From Gemmatimonadota bacterium (lineage in GTDB: Bacteria > Gemmatimonadota > Gemmatimonadetes > Palauibacterales > Palauibacteraceae), in NCBI GenBank assembly GCA_039588275.1, contig JBDHAC010000007.1:1-64000 (forward strand): a DNA stretch of 64,000 bases, written 5' to 3'. The translations under genes and the position numbers were made by a program. Shown here in pieces: positions 26,879 to 36,358 of the stretch (positions within the stretch are counted from its first letter, which is position 1; each line of letters starts with the position of its first letter). The notes beneath the pieces are model-generated. The model made no database searches, was not told where the DNA came from, and saw only the letters and a list, made by a program, of their open reading frames with translations.

Positions 26879-27705
26879 CGAGAGTCCTCCGATCGGCTTC
26901 GTGAATGCTGCGCGGTTGGAACCGTGTAAGCGGCTGCGATCTCGGACACCGCTGTCTCCAGAGTGCTCAGGTAGTCCTCCAGGCCGGCGGCCGCGATCGG
27001 GTTCCCATGGATGGGTGCCACGAAGGTCACAGGGTGCTCGTCCAACATGCGCCGAAGCGTACCGCTCAGGCGGGGCGGGTCCACGTAGCGCAGCCACTTG
27101 AGGGCACCCCGGTGAAAGTCCGCAACCCCGAGCTCGCGACCTTCCTCGGGCAACTCGGAAGACATCAGCCGACAGGCGCCCGGCTCGTGGTAGTTACCGA
27201 ACCCATCCGCGACGAACATGACGCGCGACTCTCGATCATAGATCCACGTCGTGTGCGACCGATCGGCCAGAGGTGGATCCAGGAAGGTGAACTCGCGTCC
27301 CAGGACATCGAGCGTCTCTCCGATCCTGGACCGCCGCGCGTAGGGCAAACCCTGCACCCCGGCATCGGCACACGACGCGACGATCTCGAAGTCGCCCCAC
27401 TCCCCGCGGAACGTGGGGATGTTGCCCGAATGAGGGTAATCCGAATGCGAAAGGATGAGGGCCTGGATGCCCTGGCCGCGCGTAGCGGCGGTCAGCCGCG
27501 ACTCGATGCTCTCCCTGTGGTAGAACGATCCGGAATCGACCACGATGTTGCCGCCCGTTGCCCGGATCAGATATAGAGACACGTGCAGGTGACGATCCCC
27601 GATCGGATAGCACTCGCTGATCCACTCCACGTCATCCGTCAGCCGCACGGTCGTGCTCGCGTCCGGGGCTGCCGCCGACCCCGTGCTGCTCGCCGAGTCA
27701 GTCAT
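26875..27705 (-). CDS. MBL-fold metallo-protein, FprA/ODP-like, without flavodoxin domain (paralog 2)
   Basis: VVDSG, LSHSDYPHSGN, HTTW, FVADGFG, VAPIHG. Confidence 0.8.
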   Translation of the reverse strand: MTDSASSTGSAAAPDASTTVRLTDDVEWISECYPIGDRHLHVSLYLIRATGGNIVVDSGSFYHRESIESRLTAATRGQGIQALILSHSDYPHSGNIPTFRGEWGDFEIVASCADAGVQGLPYARRSRIGETLDVLGREFTFLDPPLADRSHTTWIYDRESRVMFVADGFGNYHEPGACRLMSSELPEEGRELGVADFHRGALKWLRYVDPPRLSGTLRRMLDEHPVTFVAPIHGNPIAAAGLEDYLSTLETAVSEIAAAYTVPTAQHSRSRSEDSR

Positions 27706-28509
27706 TCACAGCACCCCGACGCGACCGGTCTCCGCCACGCGGCTCACCACGTCCTTCATGAGCTCGAAGTAGCGCTCGACGTCGCGTCGGATCACCAGCC
27801 CGTGTGCGGGAGCGATTCGGCGCGGGCGAAACTCTCGAGCGAGACGGTCGACCTCCGCGCGTGTCTTGCCGACGTCGACGTATTGGAACCAGAACAGGAC
27901 CCTGCTGTGGAACTCGGTCAGCCGCTCGATGCCGATCTTCACGTCGAGCTCGTCTGCGAAGCGCATGCATTCCCCGTCCAGGTGAGGGAAGCCCAACCAG
28001 TCGACCGGGAAGAGCGTCGCTGTGTGCACCTCGGTCATCCACACGTGCAACGCCGCGTCCAGGAACGTGGCTTCGTGGAAGCGCACGATCGGGCCGCCGA
28101 GGTCGATCTCGTCGCCGGGTCGGACCTTGAGTGCCTGATCCAGCCGGTAGAGCGCGTGCGTATCTCCTTCGCCCGGGGCCACGAGCTGGACCTCGGGATA
28201 GCGGCGCATAATCCGGGCGGTGTTCCCGGCGTGCGGAACATCCGGGTGTGAGATGACCAGATAGTCGAGATCCGCACCGTCAAGGACCCGGTCGAGCTCA
28301 TCAATGATCAGCTCGCCACCCGCGGGCGAGAGGGTGTCGAACAGCAGACTTCGCTCGCCTCGGAGTAGATATGCGTTCTGCGGCACGTGGAGCTCGCGGC
28401 CCGATGGACACCAGGTGCCGCCGCGGGCGCGAACGGCCTCAGCGATCCCCTCACGGTGGGGGCCGCATTCCTGGATCCAGTAGAAACCCGGTTCGATCTC
28501 CCGATGCAT
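27706..28509 (-). CDS. MBL-fold metallo-protein, FprA/ODP-like, without flavodoxin domain (paralog 1)
   Basis: NAYLL..LFDT, LDYLVISHPDVPHAGN, HVW, FPVDWLG, IAPAHG; TGAATG junction to paralog 2. Confidence 0.82.
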   Translation of the reverse strand: MHREIEPGFYWIQECGPHREGIAEAVRARGGTWCPSGRELHVPQNAYLLRGERSLLFDTLSPAGGELIIDELDRVLDGADLDYLVISHPDVPHAGNTARIMRRYPEVQLVAPGEGDTHALYRLDQALKVRPGDEIDLGGPIVRFHEATFLDAALHVWMTEVHTATLFPVDWLGFPHLDGECMRFADELDVKIGIERLTEFHSRVLFWFQYVDVGKTRAEVDRLAREFRPRRIAPAHGLVIRRDVERYFELMKDVVSRVAETGRVGVL

Positions 28510-28836
28510 CGGCTCCTACCCGAAGAGATCTGCCTGCAGGGGCTCCGGCGGGCGCCCACGGTGCTCGGCTCGGGCGCGCGGCCCTCGGTGCGAGCAGCCA
28601 CACTACCCGGTCCGAAGATCGAGGGCCAGAGAGCTGCGAGCGCGGCGCACTGCGAGACCCCGCGCGGCCCGGCGATACGCGGTTCCGGGGTTTTGGCCAC
28701 TCCGCGCAACCGGAGGTGTAACATGTTGCCACATTGACGCTTACGCCCATCGACGCGGGTTCAGCGAACGCGGCTCGGTTCCTGCGGGCCTGAACCGCCT
28801 GACGTGGGGATGGCGCAGCCGATCCGGGGCGCCGCA

Positions 28837-30696
28837 ATGGGGACTGTTCCTCAAGCTCGAAAAGCGCCTGTGCTACAACAGATCCTCCCGATATTAGCGG
28901 TCCTGCTGGTCGGCCTGCTCGTCGCCTGGCGTGCCCAGGTGCGGCGAGACAGCCGGCGCCATCGACGCACGCAGAAGCGGTACCAATCCCTGTTCGTGAA
29001 CAACGTGGATGCGGTCGTGTCCCTGGATCCAGGAGGCGCGGTGGAGCGCGTGAACCCCACCTTCACGCGCCTCACCGGTTGGAACGAGGAAGAGACCCGC
29101 GGGACGGCCTTCGCGGGGTACGTGAGCTCCGAGGACCGGAACCGGGTGCTCAAGACCCTGAAAGGAGCGACCAGGGGTGCGCCCCAGACGATGGAGACCG
29201 CACTCCAGCACCGGGACGGGCAGCTGGTCGAGGTCGAGCTGACCACGGTTCCGATCGTCGTCGATGATGACGTCCTGGGCGCCTATCAGATCGCCCGAGA
29301 CATCGGGCAGCGGAAGGAGACCGAGCGCAAGCTCGAGACGCAGGCGCTGCACGATTATCTCACCGGCCTCCCGAATCGATCCCTGTTTCAGGATCGACTC
29401 GAGCACGCGATCGAGCGCGGAGCGCGGACGGGCGCGCAGGTCGCGCTCCTGTATCTCGACCTCGATCGCTTCAAGGCGGTGAACGACAGCGCCGGCCACG
29501 CGGCCGGCGATCTGCTGCTCCAGCAGGTGGCGTCGAGGCTCAGCTGTTTCCTGCGAGGAGGCGACACGGTAGCCCGGCTGGGCGGAGACGAGTTCGCGAT
29601 CCTGTTGGAGGACATCTCCGACGTCAACGCGGCCCTGGGCGCGGGAAAGAGAATCGCGGACCTTCTGAGCGAGCCGATCCGGCTCCCGATGGGTGACTTC
29701 GAGACCGGAGCCAGCATCGGCGTGGCGCTCAGCTCGTCCGATACGGAGTCGCCGGAAGATCTCGTGCGACAGGCCGACGTCGCCATGTACGAGGCCAAGC
29801 GGTTAGGTGGGCACCGATTCCAGCTCTACGGCGCCGAGCTCGAGGAGAAGCGCGACAGCGTGCCCGTGCACCTCGAGGGGGACCTGCGTCGCGCGATCCA
29901 GCGGGACGAATTGACCCTTCACTACCAGCCGATCGTCGACCTCGCCGGCACTCGCATCGTGGGAGTGGAAGCTCTCGTGCGCTGGCCGCACCCGGAGTTG
30001 GGCATGCTCGCCCCGACGACCTTCATCCCGCTGGCCGAGGAGTCCGGGATCATCGTCGCGCTGGATCACTGGGTGTTGAGGCGTGCATGTCTGGAGATCA
30101 AGGGACTGATCGAACAGAGAGTCGTGACCTCGGACTCCTTCTACATCAGCGTGAACTTCTCGAAGCGCCACCTGGAAGAGCAGGATCCCGCGGAGGCCGT
30201 GGAACGGATCGTCGGCGAGGTGGGGTTCGATATCGCCAGGCTCCAGCTCGAGATCACCGAGAGCATCGCCGGGGTCGACCGGGAGAAGGTCAACCGTCTG
30301 AAGGCGCTCGGGCTCACCGTGGCCATCGATGATTTCGGTACGGGCTATTCCTCGCTCGGCTACCTCAAAGACCTGGACGTCGACATCCTCAAGGTCGATC
30401 GGTCGTTCGTTCACGCGCTGTCGGGAGACAAGGCCTCACTGGCGATCGTGCGAACGATTCTGACCCTGGCGGAGATGCTGGGAATGGACGTCATCATCGA
30501 AGGCATCGAGGAGCCGGTACAGCTCAGGCGGCTACAGGAGCTGGGCGGGCGCTTCGTACAGGGGTTCTACTTCAGCGCGCCGGTCAATCTAGAAGGCCTC
30601 GAGGATTTGTTGCGACGCGGCCTGCCCCCCGAGTGGGTGCTCAACCTGAACGTCAAACCCGAAGCCAAAGCCGCACCCGTCCACACGGGAGTCTGA
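28837..30696 (+). CDS. Membrane-anchored PAS-GGDEF-EAL diguanylate cyclase/phosphodiesterase
   Basis: TM helix, PAS (VNPTF..GW..EE), HDYLTGLPNR, RGGD I-site with RLGGDEF, EALVRW, DDFGTGYSS; start could be 28804, 28837 or 28870. Confidence 0.93.
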   Translation: MGTVPQARKAPVLQQILPILAVLLVGLLVAWRAQVRRDSRRHRRTQKRYQSLFVNNVDAVVSLDPGGAVERVNPTFTRLTGWNEEETRGTAFAGYVSSEDRNRVLKTLKGATRGAPQTMETALQHRDGQLVEVELTTVPIVVDDDVLGAYQIARDIGQRKETERKLETQALHDYLTGLPNRSLFQDRLEHAIERGARTGAQVALLYLDLDRFKAVNDSAGHAAGDLLLQQVASRLSCFLRGGDTVARLGGDEFAILLEDISDVNAALGAGKRIADLLSEPIRLPMGDFETGASIGVALSSSDTESPEDLVRQADVAMYEAKRLGGHRFQLYGAELEEKRDSVPVHLEGDLRRAIQRDELTLHYQPIVDLAGTRIVGVEALVRWPHPELGMLAPTTFIPLAEESGIIVALDHWVLRRACLEIKGLIEQRVVTSDSFYISVNFSKRHLEEQDPAEAVERIVGEVGFDIARLQLEITESIAGVDREKVNRLKALGLTVAIDDFGTGYSSLGYLKDLDVDILKVDRSFVHALSGDKASLAIVRTILTLAEMLGMDVIIEGIEEPVQLRRLQELGGRFVQGFYFSAPVNLEGLEDLLRRGLPPEWVLNLNVKPEAKAAPVHTGV

Positions 30697-30835
30697 TCCC
30701 GAACGGTTGCGGTCCTGCGTAGCCATCCCGGCCAGCGCCGGGTAGGTTCATCCGTCATCCAAATCGACGAGCCGCGGCGGAGGGGGCCGGCTCTCGCCCC
30801 AGGCGCCGTAGGAACTGCCCGATTCCCGACCGAGG

Positions 30836-31561
30836 ATGTCCATGACTTCATCCGCGTCCATTCTCCTCGCCGCTTTGGCTCCGCTGAGCTGTGGTTCTCC
30901 GGTCGAGTCGGCCGCTCCGACGACGATGCTCTCGACCTCGCTCTTCTCGGGCGCGCACGCGCACGAAGTGCTCGCCAGCCCAGCCAACGCGCTCGCGACC
31001 CTGGAGGAGCTGTACCGCTCGGGGCTCACGTTCGACGAGTTCTTCGCGCAGGCGGATCGCCGCAAGGCCATGTGGGCGGATCACTACGGGAACGGGGTCG
31101 TCTCGGAGGCGCTGCTCGACCGCGCGCGCCGCATCACGGGAACGTGGCGTATCCTGGCCGTCGCCGAGGACTGGTGCAGCGATTCCGTGAACACGGCCCC
31201 TTACCTGGCTTTGCTCACGGAGCAAGCCGATGGGATCGAGATGCGGATCATCGACTCCGAGGCAGGACGCGAGATCATGGAGACGCACCGCACACCCGAT
31301 GGCCGCGCGGCGACCCCCACGATCCTGATCCTCGACGAGGAGTTCACGCAGGTCGGCTGCTGGGTCGAGCGTCCGGCAGACCTGCAGACATGGGCCCTCG
31401 AGAATCGCTCGAAGCTCGAGGATGAGGAGTTCCTCGACCGGAAGATGGCCTGGTATCGGGAGGACGGCGGCGAGGCCACGGTGTCCGAGATCCTCGGCCT
31501 GATCGAGGCTGCCGCGTCTGGAACGCCAATCTGCGGAGCCCGGTCGATCGAGCCAGGCTAG
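30836..31561 (+). CDS. Thioredoxin-fold protein (Thioredoxin_9-like), probable lipoprotein
   Basis: AEDWCSDS, GRAATPT, WVERP; N-terminal LAPLSCG. Confidence 0.8.
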   Translation: MSMTSSASILLAALAPLSCGSPVESAAPTTMLSTSLFSGAHAHEVLASPANALATLEELYRSGLTFDEFFAQADRRKAMWADHYGNGVVSEALLDRARRITGTWRILAVAEDWCSDSVNTAPYLALLTEQADGIEMRIIDSEAGREIMETHRTPDGRAATPTILILDEEFTQVGCWVERPADLQTWALENRSKLEDEEFLDRKMAWYREDGGEATVSEILGLIEAAASGTPICGARSIEPG

Positions 31562-32739
31562 CCGAACGCGGACAACCCCGTGACGTCGTGTCCGAGGATC
31601 AACCCGTGGATGTCGTGCGTCCCCTCGTACGTGTATACGGACTCGAGGTTGGCCATGTGGCGCATCGACTGATACTCGACCAGGATCCCGTTCGCCCCCA
31701 GTAGTCGCCGCGCTTCACGGGCAATGTCGCAGGCCATGTTCACGTTGTTGCGCTTGGCGAGCGAGACCTGTTGCGGCCGCATCTTCCCGACGTCCTTCAA
31801 GCGTCCGAGTTGTAGCGCCAGAAGCTGTGCCTTGGTGATCTCCGTCAGCATCTCGGCAAGCCGCACCTGCTGGATCTGATACGCCGCGATCACCTGCTCG
31901 AACTGAACGCGATTCTTCGCGTATTCCAGCGCCTCACGGTAGCACGCCATCGCCGATCCGATCGCCCCCCAGGCGATCCCGTAACGCGCCTGCGTGAGGC
32001 AGCTGAGCGGGCTCTTCAGACCGCCGCTGTCGGGCAGGAGGTTGGCGTCGGGCACGCGTACGTCCTGGAGGACTAGCTCGCTCGTATCGGATGCGAGCAG
32101 GGAGAGCTTTCCTTCCTGATCCTTCGCGGAGAACCCCTCGCGGGAGGTCTCCACGATGAACCCGCGAATCGAGCTCACGTCATCCAGGTCGCCCGTCTTC
32201 GCCCAGATGATCGCCACGTCCGCCATCGACCCGTTCGTGATCCACATCTTGGCGCCGTTCACGACCCACTCCTCTCCATCCTTCACGGCTCGCGTGATCA
32301 TCCCGCCCGGGTTGGAGCCGAAATCGGGCTCGGTGAGACCGAAGCACCCAATCGCCTCACCGGTAGCCAGCTTCGGGAGCCACTCGACCCGCTGCTCCTC
32401 GCTTCCGAAGGCGTAGATCGGATACATGACGAGCGATCCCTGGACCGACGCGAAAGAGCGGAGGCCCGAGTCGCCGCGCTCGAGCTCCTGCATGATCAGC
32501 CCGTATGCCACGTTATTCAGCTCGGCGCACCCGTACTTCTCGGGGAGGTTCGCGCCCAGGAATCCGAGCTCACCCATCTTCGGGATCAGATCGGTGGGGA
32601 ACGTGTGCTCGACATAGTGCCGATTGATGATCGGGATCACCTCGCTCTCCACCCAATCCCGCACCATGTCTCGCACGGCTCGTTCCTCCTCGCCGAGGAG
32701 CGAGTCCATGTCATAGTAGTCGACGCCCTCGAAGCTCAT
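31558..32739 (-). CDS. Acyl-CoA dehydrogenase, glutaryl-CoA dehydrogenase-like
   Basis: ELERGDSGLRS, GCFGLTEPDFGSNP, KMWITNG, NLESVYTYEGTHDIH. Confidence 0.92.
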   Translation of the reverse strand: MSFEGVDYYDMDSLLGEEERAVRDMVRDWVESEVIPIINRHYVEHTFPTDLIPKMGELGFLGANLPEKYGCAELNNVAYGLIMQELERGDSGLRSFASVQGSLVMYPIYAFGSEEQRVEWLPKLATGEAIGCFGLTEPDFGSNPGGMITRAVKDGEEWVVNGAKMWITNGSMADVAIIWAKTGDLDDVSSIRGFIVETSREGFSAKDQEGKLSLLASDTSELVLQDVRVPDANLLPDSGGLKSPLSCLTQARYGIAWGAIGSAMACYREALEYAKNRVQFEQVIAAYQIQQVRLAEMLTEITKAQLLALQLGRLKDVGKMRPQQVSLAKRNNVNMACDIAREARRLLGANGILVEYQSMRHMANLESVYTYEGTHDIHGLILGHDVTGLSAFG

Positions 32740-32999
32740 ACCTCGATCTCTCCCTCGGTTTCTTGGATGCGGGTCGGATCGGCCCCGCGTCGAGTGCTCT
32801 CGCCCGGTCTGCGGACCTCGGCGGCTCGAAACAGGCGTACCGTCAGGGCGATGCCCAGTAGCGCCGTCAACGAGCCGACGACGATCGCGGCGCTCCCGTA
32901 ATGTCCCGGGTTGGCCGCGAGCACGAGGCCACCCATGACCGCCAATACGGTCAGCGGCAGCGCGTACAGAGCGGCAGGCCGGCTCCGCCTGTCGCTCAC
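32736..32999 (-). CDS. Small two-TM membrane protein
   Basis: GTGA and ATGA overlaps with both neighbours; two hydrophobic helices. Confidence 0.6.
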   Translation of the reverse strand: MSDRRSRPAALYALPLTVLAVMGGLVLAANPGHYGSAAIVVGSLTALLGIALTVRLFRAAEVRRPGESTRRGADPTRIQETEGEIEV

Positions 33000-33316
33000 C
33001 GAACGCGTCGCCAGCGCAGGTAGCCCTTGACGGCTTCGCGACCGATGCGAAATCCCAGGTAGTAGGCGGCTCCGAGCGGAATCAGCCACGCGTAGGCCGG
33101 AAGGAACTCGGCCTTGTCCAGCTGCCACACCCAGATCGCGAACGGAACCACGATGAGGGTGGCGATCACGTGCGGGCTGATGCGCATCCGGCGCTGCATT
33201 CGGGGGCGACAATCCGCACACCACCCGTCCTCGTCCAGCGCCTTCTTCGGGTGCAGCTTCCCGCAGCCGTCGCACTGCGTGCCTTTGAAGTGCAGCTCGT
33301 CGCTTTGCTCCGTCAT
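32996..33316 (-). CDS. Zn-ribbon plus two-TM membrane protein
   Basis: CDGC..CADC followed by two TM helices; GAGG RBS. Confidence 0.7.
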   Translation of the reverse strand: MTEQSDELHFKGTQCDGCGKLHPKKALDEDGWCADCRPRMQRRMRISPHVIATLIVVPFAIWVWQLDKAEFLPAYAWLIPLGAAYYLGFRIGREAVKGYLRWRRVR

Positions 33317-33363
33317 CCCTCGTCCCGAAGTCAGGTGGCGTTCAAGGAGGCCGCTGCAGCCTC

Positions 33364-34389
33364 TCACCGGCCTGCCAGGTTCTCGATCACCGCGTCGCCG
33401 AACTCGACGGTGGTGGCCGACCCGCCGAGGTCCGGCGTGAGCGCGTCGCCCCGGAGCGTCCCTCGGAGTGCGGTCCGTACGCGCTTGGCGGTCCCGGTCT
33501 CGCCCAAATGGTCCAGCATCAAGCACCCGGCCAGCAAGATCGAACACGGGTTCGCGATCCCTTTGCCCGCGATATCCGGCGCGGAGCCGTGGACCGCCTC
33601 GAAGATCGCCGCACGCTCGCCCAGGTTGGCGCCGGGTGCGAACCCGAGACCGCCCACCAGCCCGGCGGCCTCATCCGAGAGGATGTCGCCGAACATGTTC
33701 TCGGTGACGATCACGTCGAACTGGTACGGATCCAGGACCAACTGCAACGCGGTGTTGTCGACGATCCGTTCGTTGAACTCGACCCGGCCCTCGTAGTCCC
33801 GGGCCACATCACGACCGACCTCGAGAAAAAGCCCCTGCGTGTACTTGAGGATGTTCGCCTTGTGGACCAGAGTCACCTTCCGGCGCCCGTGCGACAGGGC
33901 GTACTCGAACGCGAAGCGGACGATACGCTCCGACCCGAAGCGCGTAATCAGCATCACGGACTCGGCCACGGCCCGCGGGTCGTTCTCCATCCCGATGAAG
34001 TGCTCGATCCCCGCGTACAACCCTTCGGTGTTCTCGCGCACGATGACGAGATCGATGTCGGGGTATCTGGGCTCGGGCAGCCAGGTGACCGCCGGGCGCA
34101 CGTTGGCGAACAGATCAAAATGCTTTCGCAGGGCCACGTTCACCGAACGGAAGCCGGACCCGATCGGAGTCGTGAGCGGTCCCTTGAGCGCCACTCTCGT
34201 ACGCTCGATCGACTCCAGGGTCGGCTCGGGCAAAGGGTCGTGCTGGCTCTCCATGGCCGTCATCCCGGCCTCGTGCTCGTCCCAGTCGATCGGCGCCCCC
34301 GCCGCCTCCAGGATGTGCACGGCGGTCTCCGCGATGGAGGGTCCGATCCCGTCCCCTGGAATCAACGTGACCTGGTGCATCGATGCCAT
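33364..34389 (-). CDS. NAD-dependent isocitrate dehydrogenase (isocitrate/isopropylmalate DH family)
   Basis: [59 protein letters not shown]. Confidence 0.88.
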   Translation of the reverse strand: MASMHQVTLIPGDGIGPSIAETAVHILEAAGAPIDWDEHEAGMTAMESQHDPLPEPTLESIERTRVALKGPLTTPIGSGFRSVNVALRKHFDLFANVRPAVTWLPEPRYPDIDLVIVRENTEGLYAGIEHFIGMENDPRAVAESVMLITRFGSERIVRFAFEYALSHGRRKVTLVHKANILKYTQGLFLEVGRDVARDYEGRVEFNERIVDNTALQLVLDPYQFDVIVTENMFGDILSDEAAGLVGGLGFAPGANLGERAAIFEAVHGSAPDIAGKGIANPCSILLAGCLMLDHLGETGTAKRVRTALRGTLRGDALTPDLGGSATTVEFGDAVIENLAGR

Positions 34390-34408
34390 CTACCTGTCCG
34401 CTGGAGGT

Positions 34409-35086
34409 TCAGGATGGGGCGAGCTGTCGCGCCGCCTCGAGCGCCAGCGACGTGAGCAACATGCGCGAGGTGGGCTCGGCGGGCTTGCCCTCGATGAACC
34501 CGTGCCACAGCACGGCGCTCCTGCGGATATCGATCACCGCCGCGAGCATGACCGCCCGACCCCACGCCTGCTCTCCCTCCGCACCGCGGGCCGCGACCAC
34601 CTCGCGCTCTTCCTCGGTCGGCCCCCGGTACCAGACGAGCAGCGGGAGGACCACGATGCGCGCGTCGAACAGCGCTGCGAGCTGGCGCAGCTGAGTGTGG
34701 AGCGGCTCGTATATCTGGGCGTTCCGCTCCGGCTTGTTCAGGAGACCGTGGTACGCGAGACGTCGCGGGTCCACGCGGATCATCGGGTTCCGCTCCAGCC
34801 GGGCGGTGATGTCGTCGGGCATCGCCCAGCTTTCCGCGCCTTCCTCCTCGCCGAACGCGAACGCGAGCTCGGCGCCGAGCAGATCGCGCACTTCCCGATC
34901 GGTGCGCAGGCCGCCCAGCCAGGCGCCCCCTGCCGTCGGGCGAGTGGCCTGCACGGGAAGAAACACCGCCGGCACGCCGGCCGGGATGGTCGGAACGGAC
35001 TCGTCCTGTGCGGCGGCGGGTGTAGTGTGAGCCAGCCCTGGCAACGTCGCGACGATGGCGGCGGCGAGTATACGGTGCGTCATCAT
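34409..35086 (-). CDS. Hypothetical secreted protein
   Basis: Signal peptide ending AAA-Q; in operon context with a purine-rich RBS. Confidence 0.7.
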   Translation of the reverse strand: MMTHRILAAAIVATLPGLAHTTPAAAQDESVPTIPAGVPAVFLPVQATRPTAGGAWLGGLRTDREVRDLLGAELAFAFGEEEGAESWAMPDDITARLERNPMIRVDPRRLAYHGLLNKPERNAQIYEPLHTQLRQLAALFDARIVVLPLLVWYRGPTEEEREVVAARGAEGEQAWGRAVMLAAVIDIRRSAVLWHGFIEGKPAEPTSRMLLTSLALEAARQLAPS

Positions 35087-35119
35087 CCTCTTCTTCCTCC
35101 CATCAGCTTCTTCCTCCCA

Positions 35120-36358
35120 TCAGCCCGAACTACGCATGCGGGCGATCTCCGCCTCGATCTCGTCCCGCGTCAGCGTGTGGTCACACCGCTTCGCGAGTCC
35201 GAAGACCGCTTCGCACAGATCCTCATCGTGTGGGTCGTAGCCATGTTCCCCCAGCCAGTACTTCACGTTGCTCAGGCCCGAGACCGGGGAAATCTCGATT
35301 TGCTGGCGGCAACCCACCACCGATGCCGGAACCCCGCTATAGACGCAGTCCTCGAGCCACGGGTCACCCTTACGCATCGCTTTGATGATCGCCGCTGCGT
35401 GCACGCCTGTCCCGGTGCGGAACGCGTCGGCCCCCACCACGGGATAGTTGTGCGGCACCTCCAACCCGCACATGTCGGCCGCGAGCCGGCAATAGTCGGG
35501 AAGCCGGGTGAGATCCGCTTCGTGCACGCCCAGGAGCTTCAGGTTGACGAGGAGCAGGTCCATCTCCGTGTTGCCGACGCGCTCCCCGATCCCAAGCGCC
35601 GTCCCGTGCACCCGATCCACGCCTTCCTCGATAGCGGTCATCGCGTTCGCGAGCCCGTAGCCACGGTCGCGGTGGCCGTGCCAATCGATCTTTGCCCGGG
35701 CACCGCTGTCCGCCACGATCTCCTTCGCGAAACGCACCAGCTGCCGCACGCCATCCGGTGTGGCGTGGCCCACGGTGTCGGCCAGGCAAATGCGGGCCGC
35801 GCCGGCCTCGATCGCCGCGGTGTACAGGGCGCGGAGGGCCTCCGGCCGTGACCGAGTCGTGTCCTCGGTTACGTACATGACGTCGAGACCCTCGCCGACC
35901 GCGAATCCTATCGCCTCGCGGGTCGACTCGAGGATGTGCTCCACGTCCCAACCCTCCGCGTACTGCCGGATGGGGGAGCTCCCGATGAACGCTCCGACCT
36001 CGAGCCTCAGACCGGTCGCTTGCGAGACACGAGCGATCGGCTCGATGTCCGCTCGCACGGTGCGCGCCGCACAGTTGGCGGAGATCGGGAGCCCTCCGTC
36101 GGCGATCTCACGCGCGAGCACCAGCACGGCATCGTACGCCCGGGGACCGGCCCCGGGCAGGCCGATATCGGCGGCGTGGATCCCGAGCTCCACCATCATG
36201 TGCAGAAGCTCGAGCTTCCTCTCCACGGGCGGGTCGGTCACGGAGGGGTTCTGTAGCCCGTCCCGAAGGGTCTCGTCATCCAGCTCTACCGAGGTCGAAT
36301 CGTATTCGAAGCTCCCCGGGAGCTCGTTCCAGTCGTATATCAGGTCGTCGCGGTTCAC
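35120..36358 (-). CDS. LeuA/homocitrate synthase family (DRE-TIM) protein without C-terminal regulatory domain
   Basis: DETLRDGLQ, EDTTR, ADTVG, WHGHRDRG, GIGERVGN, GVHAAA; GTG start overlaps the upstream stop. Confidence 0.88.
   Translation of the reverse strand: MNRDDLIYDWNELPGSFEYDSTSVELDDETLRDGLQNPSVTDPPVERKLELLHMMVELGIHAADIGLPGAGPRAYDAVLVLAREIADGGLPISANCAARTVRADIEPIARVSQATGLRLEVGAFIGSSPIRQYAEGWDVEHILESTREAIGFAVGEGLDVMYVTEDTTRSRPEALRALYTAAIEAGAARICLADTVGHATPDGVRQLVRFAKEIVADSGARAKIDWHGHRDRGYGLANAMTAIEEGVDRVHGTALGIGERVGNTEMDLLLVNLKLLGVHEADLTRLPDYCRLAADMCGLEVPHNYPVVGADAFRTGTGVHAAAIIKAMRKGDPWLEDCVYSGVPASVVGCRQQIEISPVSGLSNVKYWLGEHGYDPHDEDLCEAVFGLAKRCDHTLTRDEIEAEIARMRSSG

Noticed and set aside
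33364..36358. Alpha-aminoadipate lysine pathway (homocitrate synthase plus homoisocitrate dehydrogenase)
   Set aside because: The dehydrogenase has the isocitrate-type SxNVALR signature, no lysW/lysX/homoaconitase genes are nearby, and lysA is present in the window; not supportable from sequence alone
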